The notes: generated from the sequence alone by a model not told the origin. Shown: positions 50,902-63,360, numbered from the stretch's first letter. The stretch: DNA of 64,000 nucleotides from Lytechinus pictus (GCF_037042905.1 NC_087245.1:43340001-43404000); one strand, 5' to 3'. Numbers and translations: made by a program.

Positions 50902-51107
50902 GACAGCGCTGTGAAGCCATTATTGCTGCAGGAGGTGGTCACACTCGTTACTGAACTGCCTGAAAGACACTCAGACATTCGTTTTTACCACTTCATGTCG
51001 GTAGCTGATACCCCTCGGGGCCCACTTTTCAGGATGTGCAGTGATGCGAGAGACATTGTGCAACAACTGAAACCACCCATGCGTGAAATTGATTACAGCG
51101 TGTTTAA

Positions 51108-51691
51108 AGGAGAATGAAACTCTTGGAGCAAGTTAGCTTTTGTGAAAGCAGAAAAATCAAAGAATAAGATCAACAAAACTTTGAGTAAAATAGGACTAGC
51201 AATAAAAGAGTTATGAGTATTTGAATGTCGAGATCACTAATGCTATGGAGATCCTCCCATTGGCAATGCGACCAAGATCTGTGATGTCACACACGTACAA
51301 CTCTCCCATTCGGACACTGAAAATATACCCCAAAACATCTCTTTTTTGCTCATTCTAATCAAATGACAAACGATTCATCAACGATATAATGTTGTGAAAC
51401 CTCTGTACTTGTCATCTCATAAAGAAAACACCTAACCTTGTGATAGACTCTATAAAAGTGAGAATATAAGTGAAATAAGTACTAAAGTAATGAGGGAGTT
51501 GTACGTGTGTGATATCACAGATCTTGGTCGCATTGCCGATGGGAGGATCTACATGGCACTAGTGATCTCAATATTCAAATGCTCATAACTTTCTTATTAT
51601 TCATTCAATCTTCCTCAAACTTTCAACAATATGTTTCTTTGATTTTTCTCTTTGATATGGATTCAGCTAGTTTCAAGGGTTTCATTCTTCT
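51108..51691. mobile_element. Kolobok-like MITE inserted in the right arm of the Tc1 palindrome
   Basis: TTAA duplicated (51104-51107, 51692-51695), single TTAA in the left arm; TIR AGGAGAATGAAAC / GTTTCATTCTTCT; ~100-bp internal inverted blocks; degenerate relative at ~48555-48710. Confidence 0.9.
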
Positions 51692-51829
51692 TTAAGGACA
51701 TTTAGGACAGTTGTACTGAGGTATTTCCAGAAATAAAACACCTTGTATAAAATCTTTATGTACGTTTTAAAAAGTGGTCCTTAACTTTTTTTGAGTAGTG
51801 TATAAACTTTGACATAATGTCTTTATATA

Positions 51830-53870
51830 CACACAAAAAAAGTAAGTCCCCCCTTAAACAAACATCAATAATTTCCGAACCAATGCGAGTTTTTATACAT
51901 TTTTACATGAGCGTATAGGTAATTTTATAAGCTACCCTCTGAGTAAATGTTACGGACGTATTTTACGTCATGTTTCAGTGAGCACCGTCAGAAGGCAAAA
52001 ATGTCACTTTTCAAAAGTCACAAGCCAAATATCATGACTTTGATTCCATTTTATTGGAACTAATTCCACATTCTCATCATGAAAAATAGTCAGAAGGCTT
52101 GTAAAAGGTACTTTCTAAAAGACAATACAACTTTTTTGGCTAAATTTCACGGTTGAATAAACAAGTCCAAATTTGTTATAATTTGATTTTTTACACATTT
52201 CTATTAAAAAAATGATCGAATATGATGACAGTTAATTTTGGGAGGAGTATCTTCAACAATATTCATCGTTTCACGGTTCAATGAACATTTATTGAAAACA
52301 AAAAACACGATTTTCAAATATCATAGGCAAGTATTGTTTCATTTTGGTAACTGAAAATGATATTTTCTCAACTTTTTCGTTATGTTCATGACCAATTTAC
52401 ATGCTTCAATGATTCACAGGCGTTTAATTAAACATTCACGCTTGAATGAACATGTGGAATGTGATTAGCTCTTTTTTTACGTTATTGGAAAAAATGCAAT
52501 TTGTAACTATGGATATCTGTCGCAAACCTCCTCGCATAGTTCATTTGATTTGATTTTTATGAAAATCCCGATGTTTAATGCATCAGTGAGCACACAATAT
52601 TCGAAAATTATGCAAATGAGAAGAAAGTTCAAGGCCTTGGCCTCACTCTGTGCCGTATCGAATGGTTATTTTGGTGTGCGCGCCTTTTGGATAGTGTTAC
52701 TCTGAAGCCATTTGCAAAGTTTCATGAAATAATTGTTGGCAGAAGTAACAAAATCCGTCCATGAAACAACCCTTCATTGCACATTTGTTAAAATTTTGAC
52801 TTCCTCTCTCATATGGGTGCACATGTTTAAGAATAAGTAACCCCTTATTCAATATGGTGGAACTTTTTTTTCAAGGCTGTCTTTAGCAATGTCATTTGGC
52901 AGGCAGTAATGTTTATCAACCTATGGGCAGAATTCTGTGCAAAAATGAAATCGATTTGTTTATTCATGGATGAGTGAGCACGCATCAAAGTGGGAAAAGG
53001 GGTATTTTCAATGTCACAGACTCATTTTAAAGGGTAATAAAGTGAATATTGGGGGAAAATTCGGTTTCAAATGTAACTTTAATTGCTGTTGTTTTTATCA
53101 TCCATCATTTCTATCACCACACACTTTCCGAACTTTTAAAATTTTCATGGTTGAGCGAGCACATTCGAAATATTAGGAATGAATACTCTTTATACCGCAT
53201 AAATGATAAATGTATTCTTTTCCTAGCAATTTCTCAGGATCAGTTTAATTTATCCAGAATTTTAAAATGGGAGAGGGGCCTATAATCGGGGGAGCCACCA
53301 ACATTTTCAAATTTTAACATGATCTAACAATAATGATCATAAACCCCTATGATGATATGTCACAATACAGGGGTCGCGGAACGGTTTTCAAAGTGGGGGG
53401 GGGGGACTGACCATGCAAAAAATCACAATCGTATGGTCATTTTTACATTTTGTACATGCTTTTGGAAAAAAGTGGGGGGCTGAACCCCTCCCCCCCCCCC
53501 CCCGCTTCCGCGGCCCCTGCAATACATTGTGCTCACTCAACCATAAACATACGATATCAAAATTGTGTGTGGAGTGGCTAAATGATGGTATATAGTAAAA
53601 CAGCATTAACACCATAAAATCCACCTAAAAACAACTTTTGCCCAACTTGGTATTTGCACAATCTGAAAAAACGACTCTTGTGACTTTCAAAAATGGTCAT
53701 TTTTAATTCAATCTTTATTTACTCATGCATGACCCAACCGATCAAACTCATTTTTCCCCAGGAGTTGCTTAATGAGTGTAGGAATCCAACTACGAAATAT
53801 CATATCTCAAAATAATTATGTTCAAAAGTTACAGCAATTTGATTTAGGGGGGACTTACTTTTTTGTTGTG
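51830..53870. mobile_element. Non-autonomous Tc1/mariner-type element (~2 kb)
   Basis: TA flanks; TIR cacacaaaaaaagtaagtcccccct / aggggggacttacttttttgttgtg; no transposase ORF. Confidence 0.8.
53368..53519. mobile_element. CAGGGG-ended MITE with 5-bp TSD (hAT5-like)
   Basis: caggggtcgcggaa / ttccgcggcccctg; CAATA on both sides. Confidence 0.75.
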
Positions 53871-54532
53871 TATAGTTCAGTTCGCCCCTCTTTAATTTTG
53901 AACAAGAGATGGCGCTATATCAGTTTGATCAAGGCCCTATATATATTGGCACTAACAATCCGAAACAAATTTTGAAAGAAATAAAGAATTTTTATCAATC
54001 TACTCACAACAAGAAAAAATAAATGAGACAGATGATCTTTTTTTGTAATGTCTCACCTAAACATAAATGAGGATAGTAAGAAATCTTGTGATGTTAAAAT
54101 GTATATCAATATTGAATAAAATGCCTTTAAATAAATCACCTGGGAATGATGGTTTGACAGTTAAATTTTATCGTACTTTTTGGCCTTATATTTGGCATCT
54201 GGTTCTAGACTCTTTCAATGCCTCTTTTGAGAATGGTCACCCACACAAAGACAAAGAGTAATAACGTTGATTAAGAAAGATGATTAAGATGCTTTATATA
54301 TTCAAAATTACAGACCAATCACCCTTCTCAATGTTGACTATAAACTTTTATCTAAAGTCTTGGCTGAGAGAATAAAACTTGTATTAGGAGAAGTGATACA
54401 TGTGGATCAAGTAGGGTATCTCCCAGATAAGAATATTGGGGAGCAGTGATGTCATATTTTGTACAAAAGAGTATGATATACGAGGTTATTTAGTTGCAGT
54501 TGATTTTGAGAAAGCTTTTGATACGGTTTCAC

Positions 54533-56335
54533 GGGGTCCGACCACGTGACCGAAGGCCCTCGAGACCGAAGGTCCGCGAGACCAACTTGTTTTTCACTTT
54601 ATCAGGTGCCGAGTGGCTTAGGGCGCCTCATTGCAGCGGCGTATGCCTGTTATCAGAGGGGGGAGGGGGCAGAGCCAAGTATTTCCCGGTAACTCCGTCT
54701 AGAATTAGTGACATAGCTAGGATTTCAGTTTAGGGGCGGAGGTGATTACGGGAAGCACGCTCCATTGGGGGTGCAGGGAGGGGGAGTGTCCCCCGCGAGA
54801 AGCATGGAAGCTCCGACGTACCTGTGAATCGTTCTTGTCTGCTCCCGCTCATCTTAATACATCCTCTGCCTGTTTTCAGGGGGGGGGGGGGGGGTAGATC
54901 CAAAATATTTCCCGGTAACTATTAAATTCCAGAAGGATTTCATTTTAGGGGGCGGTAGTGAGCACGTACGCGAAGTGGCGAAACCTTTTGGGCGAAACAC
55001 TTATTAATGAGCGCGCCAAAGGCGCTCCCTATATAAGGGGGAGTTTTCCCCCTCCCGCGCAAATTAGCACGGAATCTCCGATGTTTTCTTCGAATTGTTC
55101 CTTGTCTGCTCCCGCTCCTCTTACATTCTCTGCCTGTTATCATGGAAAAACAGTCTCAACGATAACACCTAACATTCCCATGACCAATGCAATAAACTAT
55201 AAGAACCTATAAAACATTGAAAAAAAGATTATAAGATTAAAAATTACCTACTATTAGATATTGAAAAGACGCAGTTAAGTTAAGAATAAGCAATAGTAAA
55301 CTTATGATAGAACAAGGTAGATATATATTAGGATTGCTGTAAACGATAGAATATGCCCTGTTTGTTCGACTTATGTAGAGGATGAATACCATTTCACTGT
55401 ACACTGTAAGGCCCTCGGAGAACCCCGAAATAAATTATTTAACAAGTTAAAGGAGGTGCTGCCGGATTTTATGAGAATATTAAACTAACAAAAACAAATT
55501 CCAGTTAATATTAGGTAGCAATGACATGGATATCAGCAAAAATAATATGTGATATAGGAATAAGTTACATGTACGTGGAGAGACTGAGGATGCTTGAAAG
55601 AAAAAGATAATATTATGTTTATGTATTTTGTATAGGTATGGGTGTATAATGTTTAGGTATAATATGTATGTGTGTGTATATTTATGCATTGATAAAAAAT
55701 TATGTATCTCGCATTTAACATTTTACACACGATTGGTATTTTTTTCTTTGTTTGTATTTTGTTAATTCCTCGTTGTTACTATATTATGTTATATATATTT
55801 TTTTCTTATGTTTCTTTGTTTTTGATGATGATACTTCAATGTCAGGATTTTATATCAAACTTTTGAATTTGAATTTGCGAAACACTTACTGAGGGCACGA
55901 AACGGCTCTCTGTACAGGGGGGGGGGGGTTGGGGTTCCGCTACTTACAGTATAAAGTCACGTTGCCTAATGCCTAATCCTAGCAAATCCACTGATTCTGG
56001 ACTTAGTTACCGGGATTTTTGTTCTGCCCCCCCCCCTCCGATAACAGGCAGCTAGAGGACGTATTAAGATGAGCGAGAGCAGATAAGGAACAATATTATT
56101 GAAAAGAACGTCGGACCGTCTTCTGCGCTTCTGCACCCCCCCCCGGAACGCGCTTCCCGTGCTCACTACTGCCCCCTAACTTCTGAAATCCTAGTTATGC
56201 CACTAATTCTAGACGGAATTACTAGGAAATATTTGGCTCTGCCCCCTCCCCCCTCTGATAACAGGCACCTGTTACGCCGCTGCAACGAGGCGCCTTAAAC
56301 CACTCGACCGCGGCACCCGATGAAGGGAAACAACT
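54533..56335. mobile_element. 1.8-kb long-inverted-repeat insertion into the LINE RT domain
   Basis: GGTTTCAC at 54525-54532 and 56336-56343; ~200-bp inverted arms (~54580-54790 vs ~56130-56335). Confidence 0.75.
55140..55877 (+). mobile_element. LINE 3'-end fragment inside the inverted-repeat element
   Basis: Degenerate LRISNSKLMIEQGRY...VEDEYHF...C motif followed by AT-rich UTR and (TTTGAA)n tail. Confidence 0.5.
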
Positions 56336-59300
56336 GGTTTCACATTCATATAGTACCTAATGAAAAAGTATGGCTTTGGTGTATATTTTTGTAGATGGAT
56401 AGAAGTAATATGCAATAATGCAGTCAGTTGTATTATGAATGGAGGATTTTCTACAGTTTTTTTATATAGGTAGGGGAGTAAGACAGAGGGATCCCCTTTC
56501 TCCATATATTTTATTTTATTAATTATAGAAAATTTTGCAGTGGCTGTTCGAAATTAGCAAACTTTAAAAGGTATTTCAATAGGTGACATAGAAATAACGA
56601 TAGTAATGTATGAAGACGATTGTTCAATTTTTTTAAATGATACAAACGATATAGAAACATTAGATAAAATATTGATTTCATTCTACCATATTTCTGGATT
56701 GAAAATTAATAGGGACATGACTCATATTATGATATAAAAATAGTGATAGCTTGCCCGATATTTCATTAGGAAAACTGGTTCCCATTGTAAAGGTGCTTGG
56801 GATATACTTTTCTCTTGATATAAACATTAAAGAAGAAAAAGAATTATAAAGTAATACTGAATACTGAAAATAAAACGATTGTTAGGATGGTGGAAGCAAC
56901 GAGATTTAACCCTATTTGGGAAAATCCAGTTAATTACAGCCTTTGGAATATCAAAATTGTTACATGTATCTTCCATAATGTTTGTACCACAATGGGTGTT
57001 CAAAGAATCTGTTTTAATTTCCTTTGGAATGGTAATGATAAAATAAAAAGGAACATTCTTAACACCAATAATGATGCAGGAGGTTTGAAAATGTTAAATT
57101 TTAACTACATGGTTTGTGCTCAGCGTGTTATGTGGATAAAAAAGACTTCTGGTGGAAATAAGGAAACGAAATGGAAACAAATTTTCCAACATGTATTCAG
57201 ATCTATAGGAGAGAGTTTAATATTTCTTTGTAATTACAATCCCAGAGCTTTCAACATCAATGCATCTAACCTCTACTTGGAATTTTTGGATATTTGGAAT
57301 TATTTAAAATAAAGGGAATTTATTATCAGAGAAATGCATAGTGAAAACCAAATAATTTTTTTAACAATACCTTAATCAAAGGTAGTACCTTTCCTTTTAA
57401 TGAAAAATTATGTAAGGCTAACATTTTTCAAGTTAAACACAATGTTGACACAGGTGGCAAAATGAGAACAGGAGATTTTTTCTTTGGAAAAGATTTAAAT
57501 GTAAATGATTTATTTTCTCTTAACGAATTGTATAACCATGGATGCCAATTAAATTGAAGAATCGGAGAATATCATCGGAGAGATGACACATGGCACGACA
57601 ATATTGATTTTTCTAACATCTATTTTGATATTAACAAGAATTTGCTTTTCTCTACCTCTGTGTCGTCCTAAATGATCTGTAATATATTTATTGATACAAT
57701 ACAAGATTCATTCGCTTTTAAACATCCAGATGTATCAGCTTTAAACTTGTCAATAAGTCGGTAATTGCAACTTGTTTTTCTATCCCTCGAGTCTCCACAT
57801 TAGACTGGAAGTTAAAAGAATTTCAATACAAACTTTTACATAGCATCATATTTTGTAATGACAAACCTTTCCAGTTTCGTATAATACATTCCAATACTTG
57901 CTCTTTCTGTAGAAGAGATAGAAACATATTATCATGTCTTTTATAAATGTGCTGAAGTGTCTAAGATTTGGACTGAAATAGGAAACAAATTACATGTTGT
58001 TTAAATTCCTTGATATACAATGGCTTGAAGTATTACTTGGTGTTAGAGACAATATAAAACACAATGCTCTATTAAATCATGTAATAATTGTGGTCAAATA
58101 TATGATTTACAATAACAGTAAACTGGGAAGGATCCGTACATGTAAAGAAATATGCAGTGCCATTAAAAGGTCAAAACAGATTGAATATGTAAAGGCAAAA
58201 AGAAAGGATAAAATTGACTCTACACCATACAAAATGGGAAAAATTTTCCCAGTTGTCGGTTTGAGTCAATTACACTCTAGTGTTAATTTTTTTTTCTTCT
58301 TCTTTCTTCAAACTCTTTCTCCCACTGATCCTTACCCATCAATTTAAATATATATAGGGCCTATATATAAAATCAATATACGATTATCTTCCTACAAAGC
58401 TTATTATGTATACAATGATTTATGATATGGTATTGGAATAATAGTAATTTAATATTATAAAATATATCGTAATGCCATTATGGGTAAAAGATAAAGGAGT
58501 TTGGCTGCTCTCCCTTCACATTTTTTGTTTCTTTGTTTTGTTGTTGTTTTGTGAGTATAAACGTTCTAAGTTCTAAGTATAAACGTAAAAACTTACATTG
58601 TATTGTCTTACAAAATATGGAGATATAAATATATATATTTTTCATTATGGGATAGCCTATTAGCATCTTTATTAAACAAATTATTATGTATATCAATTTC
58701 ATTATTTGCTCACAACTTAAAAAGTCTTTATGTTTGGATTTTTTTCATCATACAATACCGCATTATTACACATGAAATACAAGTGAAAATAACTGTTTTC
58801 TTTTTATTATGGGTTGTGATAATCTTTGTTCAAAAAAGTTTTATCATAATGTATAATATTTCATTTGTTATCTTGCTGTATACATGTACTTCACTTTTTT
58901 GTATATTTTATTTATACCCTTATATGTATGAAAAATGTGATATTATCTGAATAAAGGCTAAAAACCATTACAAAAAAAAAAAACAATGACGATGCTGATG
59001 ATGACGGCGATGAAGATGATGGTGATGATGGTGATAACTCTTATTTACCCAGGGTATAACCATATCAGCTGTTAGCTGAAATGTTTATGAACTAAATTTT
59101 CATTTGGTAAAATTATACCTCGGCGTTATAAAAATGGGTATTAGATCCGGGTATTAGATCAAGCGTAGTAAAGACCAAGCAGTATAGTTGCAGAGAAGTA
59201 GATTAGATCAAAATTTCAGAGATTACTCTGGATGAATTTAATACAGTATTGGGCTAAATGTATAGGGGGTACATCTTCAACGATCAAGCCATTGCCGCAA

Positions 59301-59394
59301 TATCAAAAATTACACTTTCACCCCGCAACTAAACCTCTCCTCAAAACTTTTGACCAATCGTCATTCAAAACATCACAACACAATCATGTCCGAA

Positions 59395-59721
59395 TTTGTG
59401 GGCGTGGTCGGTTCTAATTCTATAAGCTCAGTGTTATTCTTGATTCCAGCGTGACAATCGGACGTCGACCTTGGTAGCCGATGCTAACCGCAGCCCTGTA
59501 TGCCGCAGAGCTTGCCGCAGAGCCAGCGCAGAGCCCTGCTCAGCAGCGCAAGCTCGCAACAGCTCGGCATCGATCGCATCGCACGATCTAACGTTAGCTC
59601 TAGCTAGCTCTATCAGCATCATCATCTAACTTCTAAATCTAAGACTCATTCAGCGAGTGTGCAGACCCTGACCGCATTCGTCGATATTTATTTTATTTGT
59701 TCACCATCGTTAAGATCATTC
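59395..59721 (+). promoter_or_regulatory. Candidate promoter and 5'UTR of the P/G/Q/Y-rich gene
   Basis: GC box GGGCGTGG (~59400), TATA-like TATAAG (59421), CpG-rich leader. Confidence 0.5.
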
Positions 59722-59751
59722 ATGGCTTATCCAGGTGGAAATCAAGGACAC
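59722..59751 (+). CDS. First coding exon (MAYPGGNQGH) of a protein with a P/G/Q/Y-rich N-terminus
   Basis: ATG..CAC|gtatgt donor, phase 0 with exon 63437; MAYPG start recalls sorcin/grancalcin, and MSYPG of annexin A7/A11. Confidence 0.7.
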
Positions 59752-62524
59752 GTATGTATTGTCAAATTACCTATTTAGACAAATCGTTGTAGATCTAATA
59801 AAGTTATGACAAATTGTAATGTAGTGCCAGATGCGCACAGTGACACAGCAGACTAATAGTCCCAGACACACATTAATTTGACATGTGAGCCACAAAGTCA
59901 GTCGTATATGGAGGTCGATCTATGGACCGGGGGGGGGGGGGGGGGGGGGGGGGGGCTGGCACTCAAGTATGGGGGGGTGTGCCTCACGAAACTCTGAAAT
60001 GGGGGGTCTAAGGAACTGACTACAAGGGTAAGTCTTTAAAATCCTTCTTTTGATTTTTCATATCGTCAATGGAACTTCCCCCAGTTACAACTTACAATAC
60101 TCTGAGTTTAAACTACATTATACCAACCCTCAAGATATTTACGATCCTCATCTAATTTACATTATTCTAATCTCTTACAGATTCAAGTTATGCCCTAATT
60201 GCTAAGAAATCATGCACTGATGCAGGGAACAGGCCTTTGCTCATGCAGGGCCTAGCCTGTGGAATTCTCTCCCACTGAGTTTGAAAACCCAGACTTCAGT
60301 GACCACCTTCATAGGCAGATCCAGGGGGGGGGGTGCTATATAAGGAAAGAAAGAAAAAAAAAAGAGGGAAAAGAGAGGAGAAAAAAAGAAGAGGAGGAAG
60401 ACGAGTTAATAAAATAAGATCAGGGGATGACTTACAAAATGAAAATAATCTTTCATGTCACTATATAAAATTTTCGCTCGCGCTCGCATTACCCGTTGGG
60501 TGATTTTCATATCTTGTTCAATATGGAGCTAAATATCAAGTTTGGACGTCAATATACAAAACATGTTTCACCTCGGAAATTGAACTTTCATTATTTTGTG
60601 TGATTTACAAATTGATTTTTAAAAAGTGCTCTGTAAAAATGTAAGTTTTGTGGTCTGAATATTAACATTTTCTGCTCGCGCTGCGCGCTCGCTAATTTTG
60701 ATTTTGCAGGTACCTTATTTTCGTGTATTCTTATTATATATGATTATTTTTACTTTTGTTGGTTCAAATGGATTTATTTTATGCTATTTATGATCGCAAA
60801 AGAGTCCCCGACAAAGTTCATCGGAAAAACAATAAAAAACAAAGAATACAAATTTAAAAAACAAAAAATACATAAGAAATTATATTTTTTGCAATTTTTT
60901 GTGGATATTTGTTATAAAGGTAAAAATTGATTATCTCACCAAAGATTAGCATTCTACTAGCTTACTAAATAGAGTTAAAGGCAAAAACACTAAAAAAAAA
61001 AATTTAGGGCAAATTTCATATGCTTATTTGCATAATTTATTCATAAAAAATATAAACAATTAATTTTTGTCATGTAAATTTGATGCAGAAGTACATGAAA
61101 TTGCTGATAGTTCACTTAATAATTGCATGTAAAATCAAACGCACACAAATACGCGGAATTCTACTACACAGTTGGCTTGCGTGAGTGGCTGAATAACAGA
61201 AAACATAAAGTTCAACAAATCCACTTTAAAATATTTTGAACTTGAAAAAAATAAAGCAAATATGCTAAAACCATGTAATATTACGGTTGTAAGTACTTAG
61301 TTTAAGTATAATTCGTAATTGACCATGCAGTGTTCCAACTTACCCCATACCATGTTTCAACTTAACCCATATATGGGGTAAGTTGGAACGCTTGCGATGG
61401 TCTTGTTCAAGGTGGATTTTTTTCAGTAACCGTCATAGAGTTAATGATTTTATGGGGTACATTTGAAGCCCTTAGATATATGCTTCAAGCTGATGTATTG
61501 ATTGTTTCTCAAATAAAATCTATTTGGATTTTACAGCCATTTTTGTCAAAAATGTTCCAACTAACCCCAGTCTCCCCAATTATTATTTTATTATTAAAGT
61601 ATGGCGTCTTGGGCCCGGTCTATGGACTATGTATAGTCACCTATATTGTATAACCGGACACTAACATGATTCCAGACGCGCGTATTAGTACTGCATACGA
61701 AAACTATTTCGTACCGTAGGACTTCTGCAGTTCAGTTTCACAGAGCAATTGATACATAGAACAAGATTGCAAAAACAAGGCAAAAAATCCAACTTTATCT
61801 TATTTATCTCTAAAATGACAGAAAATGCTTCAATTATCAGTCATAGTTTTGCATTTATAGCAATTGATATATTTTCTGACGGAAATATAGGGGCCTGATT
61901 TGCCAAATTTCATTCTTGTCCGCTGCTTTGATTGAATGTTGAGGTGTGGTGTATTGTGGGTGATCGTCGACGAGAGTCTCAAGTTACCCGGCCGTGCGTG
62001 AGGTTTACCGTGATTAGAGCCATCGACGATTGACAGTGCATCGATAAAACTTGATGAGCGTCACGATACGAACAAGCTTAATATTGGAAAGTGCCATCAA
62101 ACATGCAGTTAAAAAGAAAAAAAAAAATTAAATTAGTTACCAAACACAGATTTACTACCAACATCTGCTCAGATTTGATATGAAAAAAGCAAACAAAAAC
62201 TTAAAATTTATGCATGATATGATATATCATTGTTATATTGTTATTAATTATTATTTTGACATTATTATATCATTATTAATAAAGAATATCTTCACCCCTC
62301 TAGCGTGCGTCCGGAATCATGATTTAAGTTGTCACGCACAAAAATAATTGTTTTTCGTGGAGGGGTATGCGGCAAGTGCGATGCAAAGAAAACAGTTGGT
62401 AAATATCAAATAATTTTCCAATATTCATAAATGTCATAATATTTAGAATAACAAACTTCTTGAATGTATTTCCTCTAATCGTCTGAAATCGTTTGAAATA
62501 CACCCGTGGGGACCGGTCAAATAT

Positions 62525-63360
62525 ATTGCTGTACACACGCGTGACCAAGGAATTTCCAAACACCCCCAAACAAGATTTTCTCTGTGTGCAAAATAACCCC
62601 CTAAACAAGTTTTTCGCGGGCCTTATTTACACATTTTGACCCCTAAACAAGTTGTCGCCAAAATATGACCTCGGGGAAAAAGCTTGGGGGAAAAAAACAT
62701 ACCCTAAACACGTTTGGCTAGTCTTAAAAAAAAAGCTTTGGGGAAAAAACATACCCTAAATACGTTGGACCCCGCGATTGACCATTGACCAGTCTTTCAA
62801 AACCACCCTTTTTCTTGAAAATCTGTGTTTTTTGATACCCTTAACGAGTCCACGTGCGTAATAATATAATAATAATAATTAACATTTATATAGCGCTTAA
62901 TACAACAGTTTCTAAGCGCATTGGAAAGAGAAAAAAGAGGTAGCAAAATACAGTGAAAGAGAACAGGATATGGAATTAAGAGGACTGCTTAATGAGGTAA
63001 GATTTGAGGAGTGTTTTGAAAGATTCGACAGTGGATGCATTACGGATGGAGATGGGGAGATTGTTCCAGAGTTTAGGGGCAAGAGCAGAAAAAGCACGAT
63101 CGCCATAACGGGTAAAAGTGCGGGGTCCTAGAGATAGTCGAAGGTGAGCAGTAGAAGAAGATCGGAGACGTTGAGTTGCAGAGGATGAGTGACAGAGAGA
63201 GATAAGATTTTGAAGGTAGGATGGGGCGAGACCATGGATGATTTTATAGACAAGGAGAAGGAGCTTGAAAATAATTCTATTATGAACCTGAAGCCAATGG
63301 AGGGAGTAGAGAATAGTCCAAAACTGAAACGCGTTTTTTTGGTCACGCGTGTGTTACAGG
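62525..63360. mobile_element. MITE-like element related to the 26253/35442 type, interrupted by an L2 fragment
   Basis: acacacgcgtgacc (~62533) pairs with ggtcacgcgtgtgt (~63341); ACCCTAAAC internal repeats. Confidence 0.55.
62858..63318 (-). mobile_element. L2-clade LINE 3' fragment
   Basis: Reverse translation LHWLQVHNRIIFKLLLLVYKIIHGLAPSYL..YGDRAFSALAPKLWNNLPISIRNASTVESFKTLLKSYL; AAGCGCTATATAAAT..(TAT)n tail. Confidence 0.88.

Larger units (their letters stand above)
48893..51800. mobile_element. Rearranged Tc1 (DD34E) transposon: palindrome of two 3' halves
   Basis: TA flanks (48891-48892, 51801-51802); ends CACTACTCAAAAAAAGTTAAGGACCAC / GTGGTCCTTAACTTTTTTTGAGTAGTG; inverted identity continues through the transposase to 50032/50234. 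Confidence 0.95.
53920..58983 (+). mobile_element. Degenerate 5'-truncated L1/Tx1-clade LINE (ORF2 relic, 3'UTR, poly-A)
   Basis: NKSPGNDGLTVKFYRTFW, NYRPITLLNVDYKLLSKVLAERI, VDFEKAFDTVS, MYEDDC (YADD-like), FLWNG..GGLKM, C-terminal Cys/His motif; many stops and frameshifts; AATAAA ~58950 and A-tract 58972-58983. Confidence 0.88.

Noticed and set aside
49127..51117. Overlapping alternative-frame ORFs (e.g. 49433-50029, 49537-49890, 50537-50890, 50911-51117)
   Set aside because: Antisense or off-frame shadows of the Tc1 transposase, duplicated by the palindrome.
59929..59955. Long poly-G run (and many other G/C runs) as G-quadruplex regulators
   Set aside because: Such runs are ubiquitous parts of MITE ends in this window and homopolymer length is error-prone.
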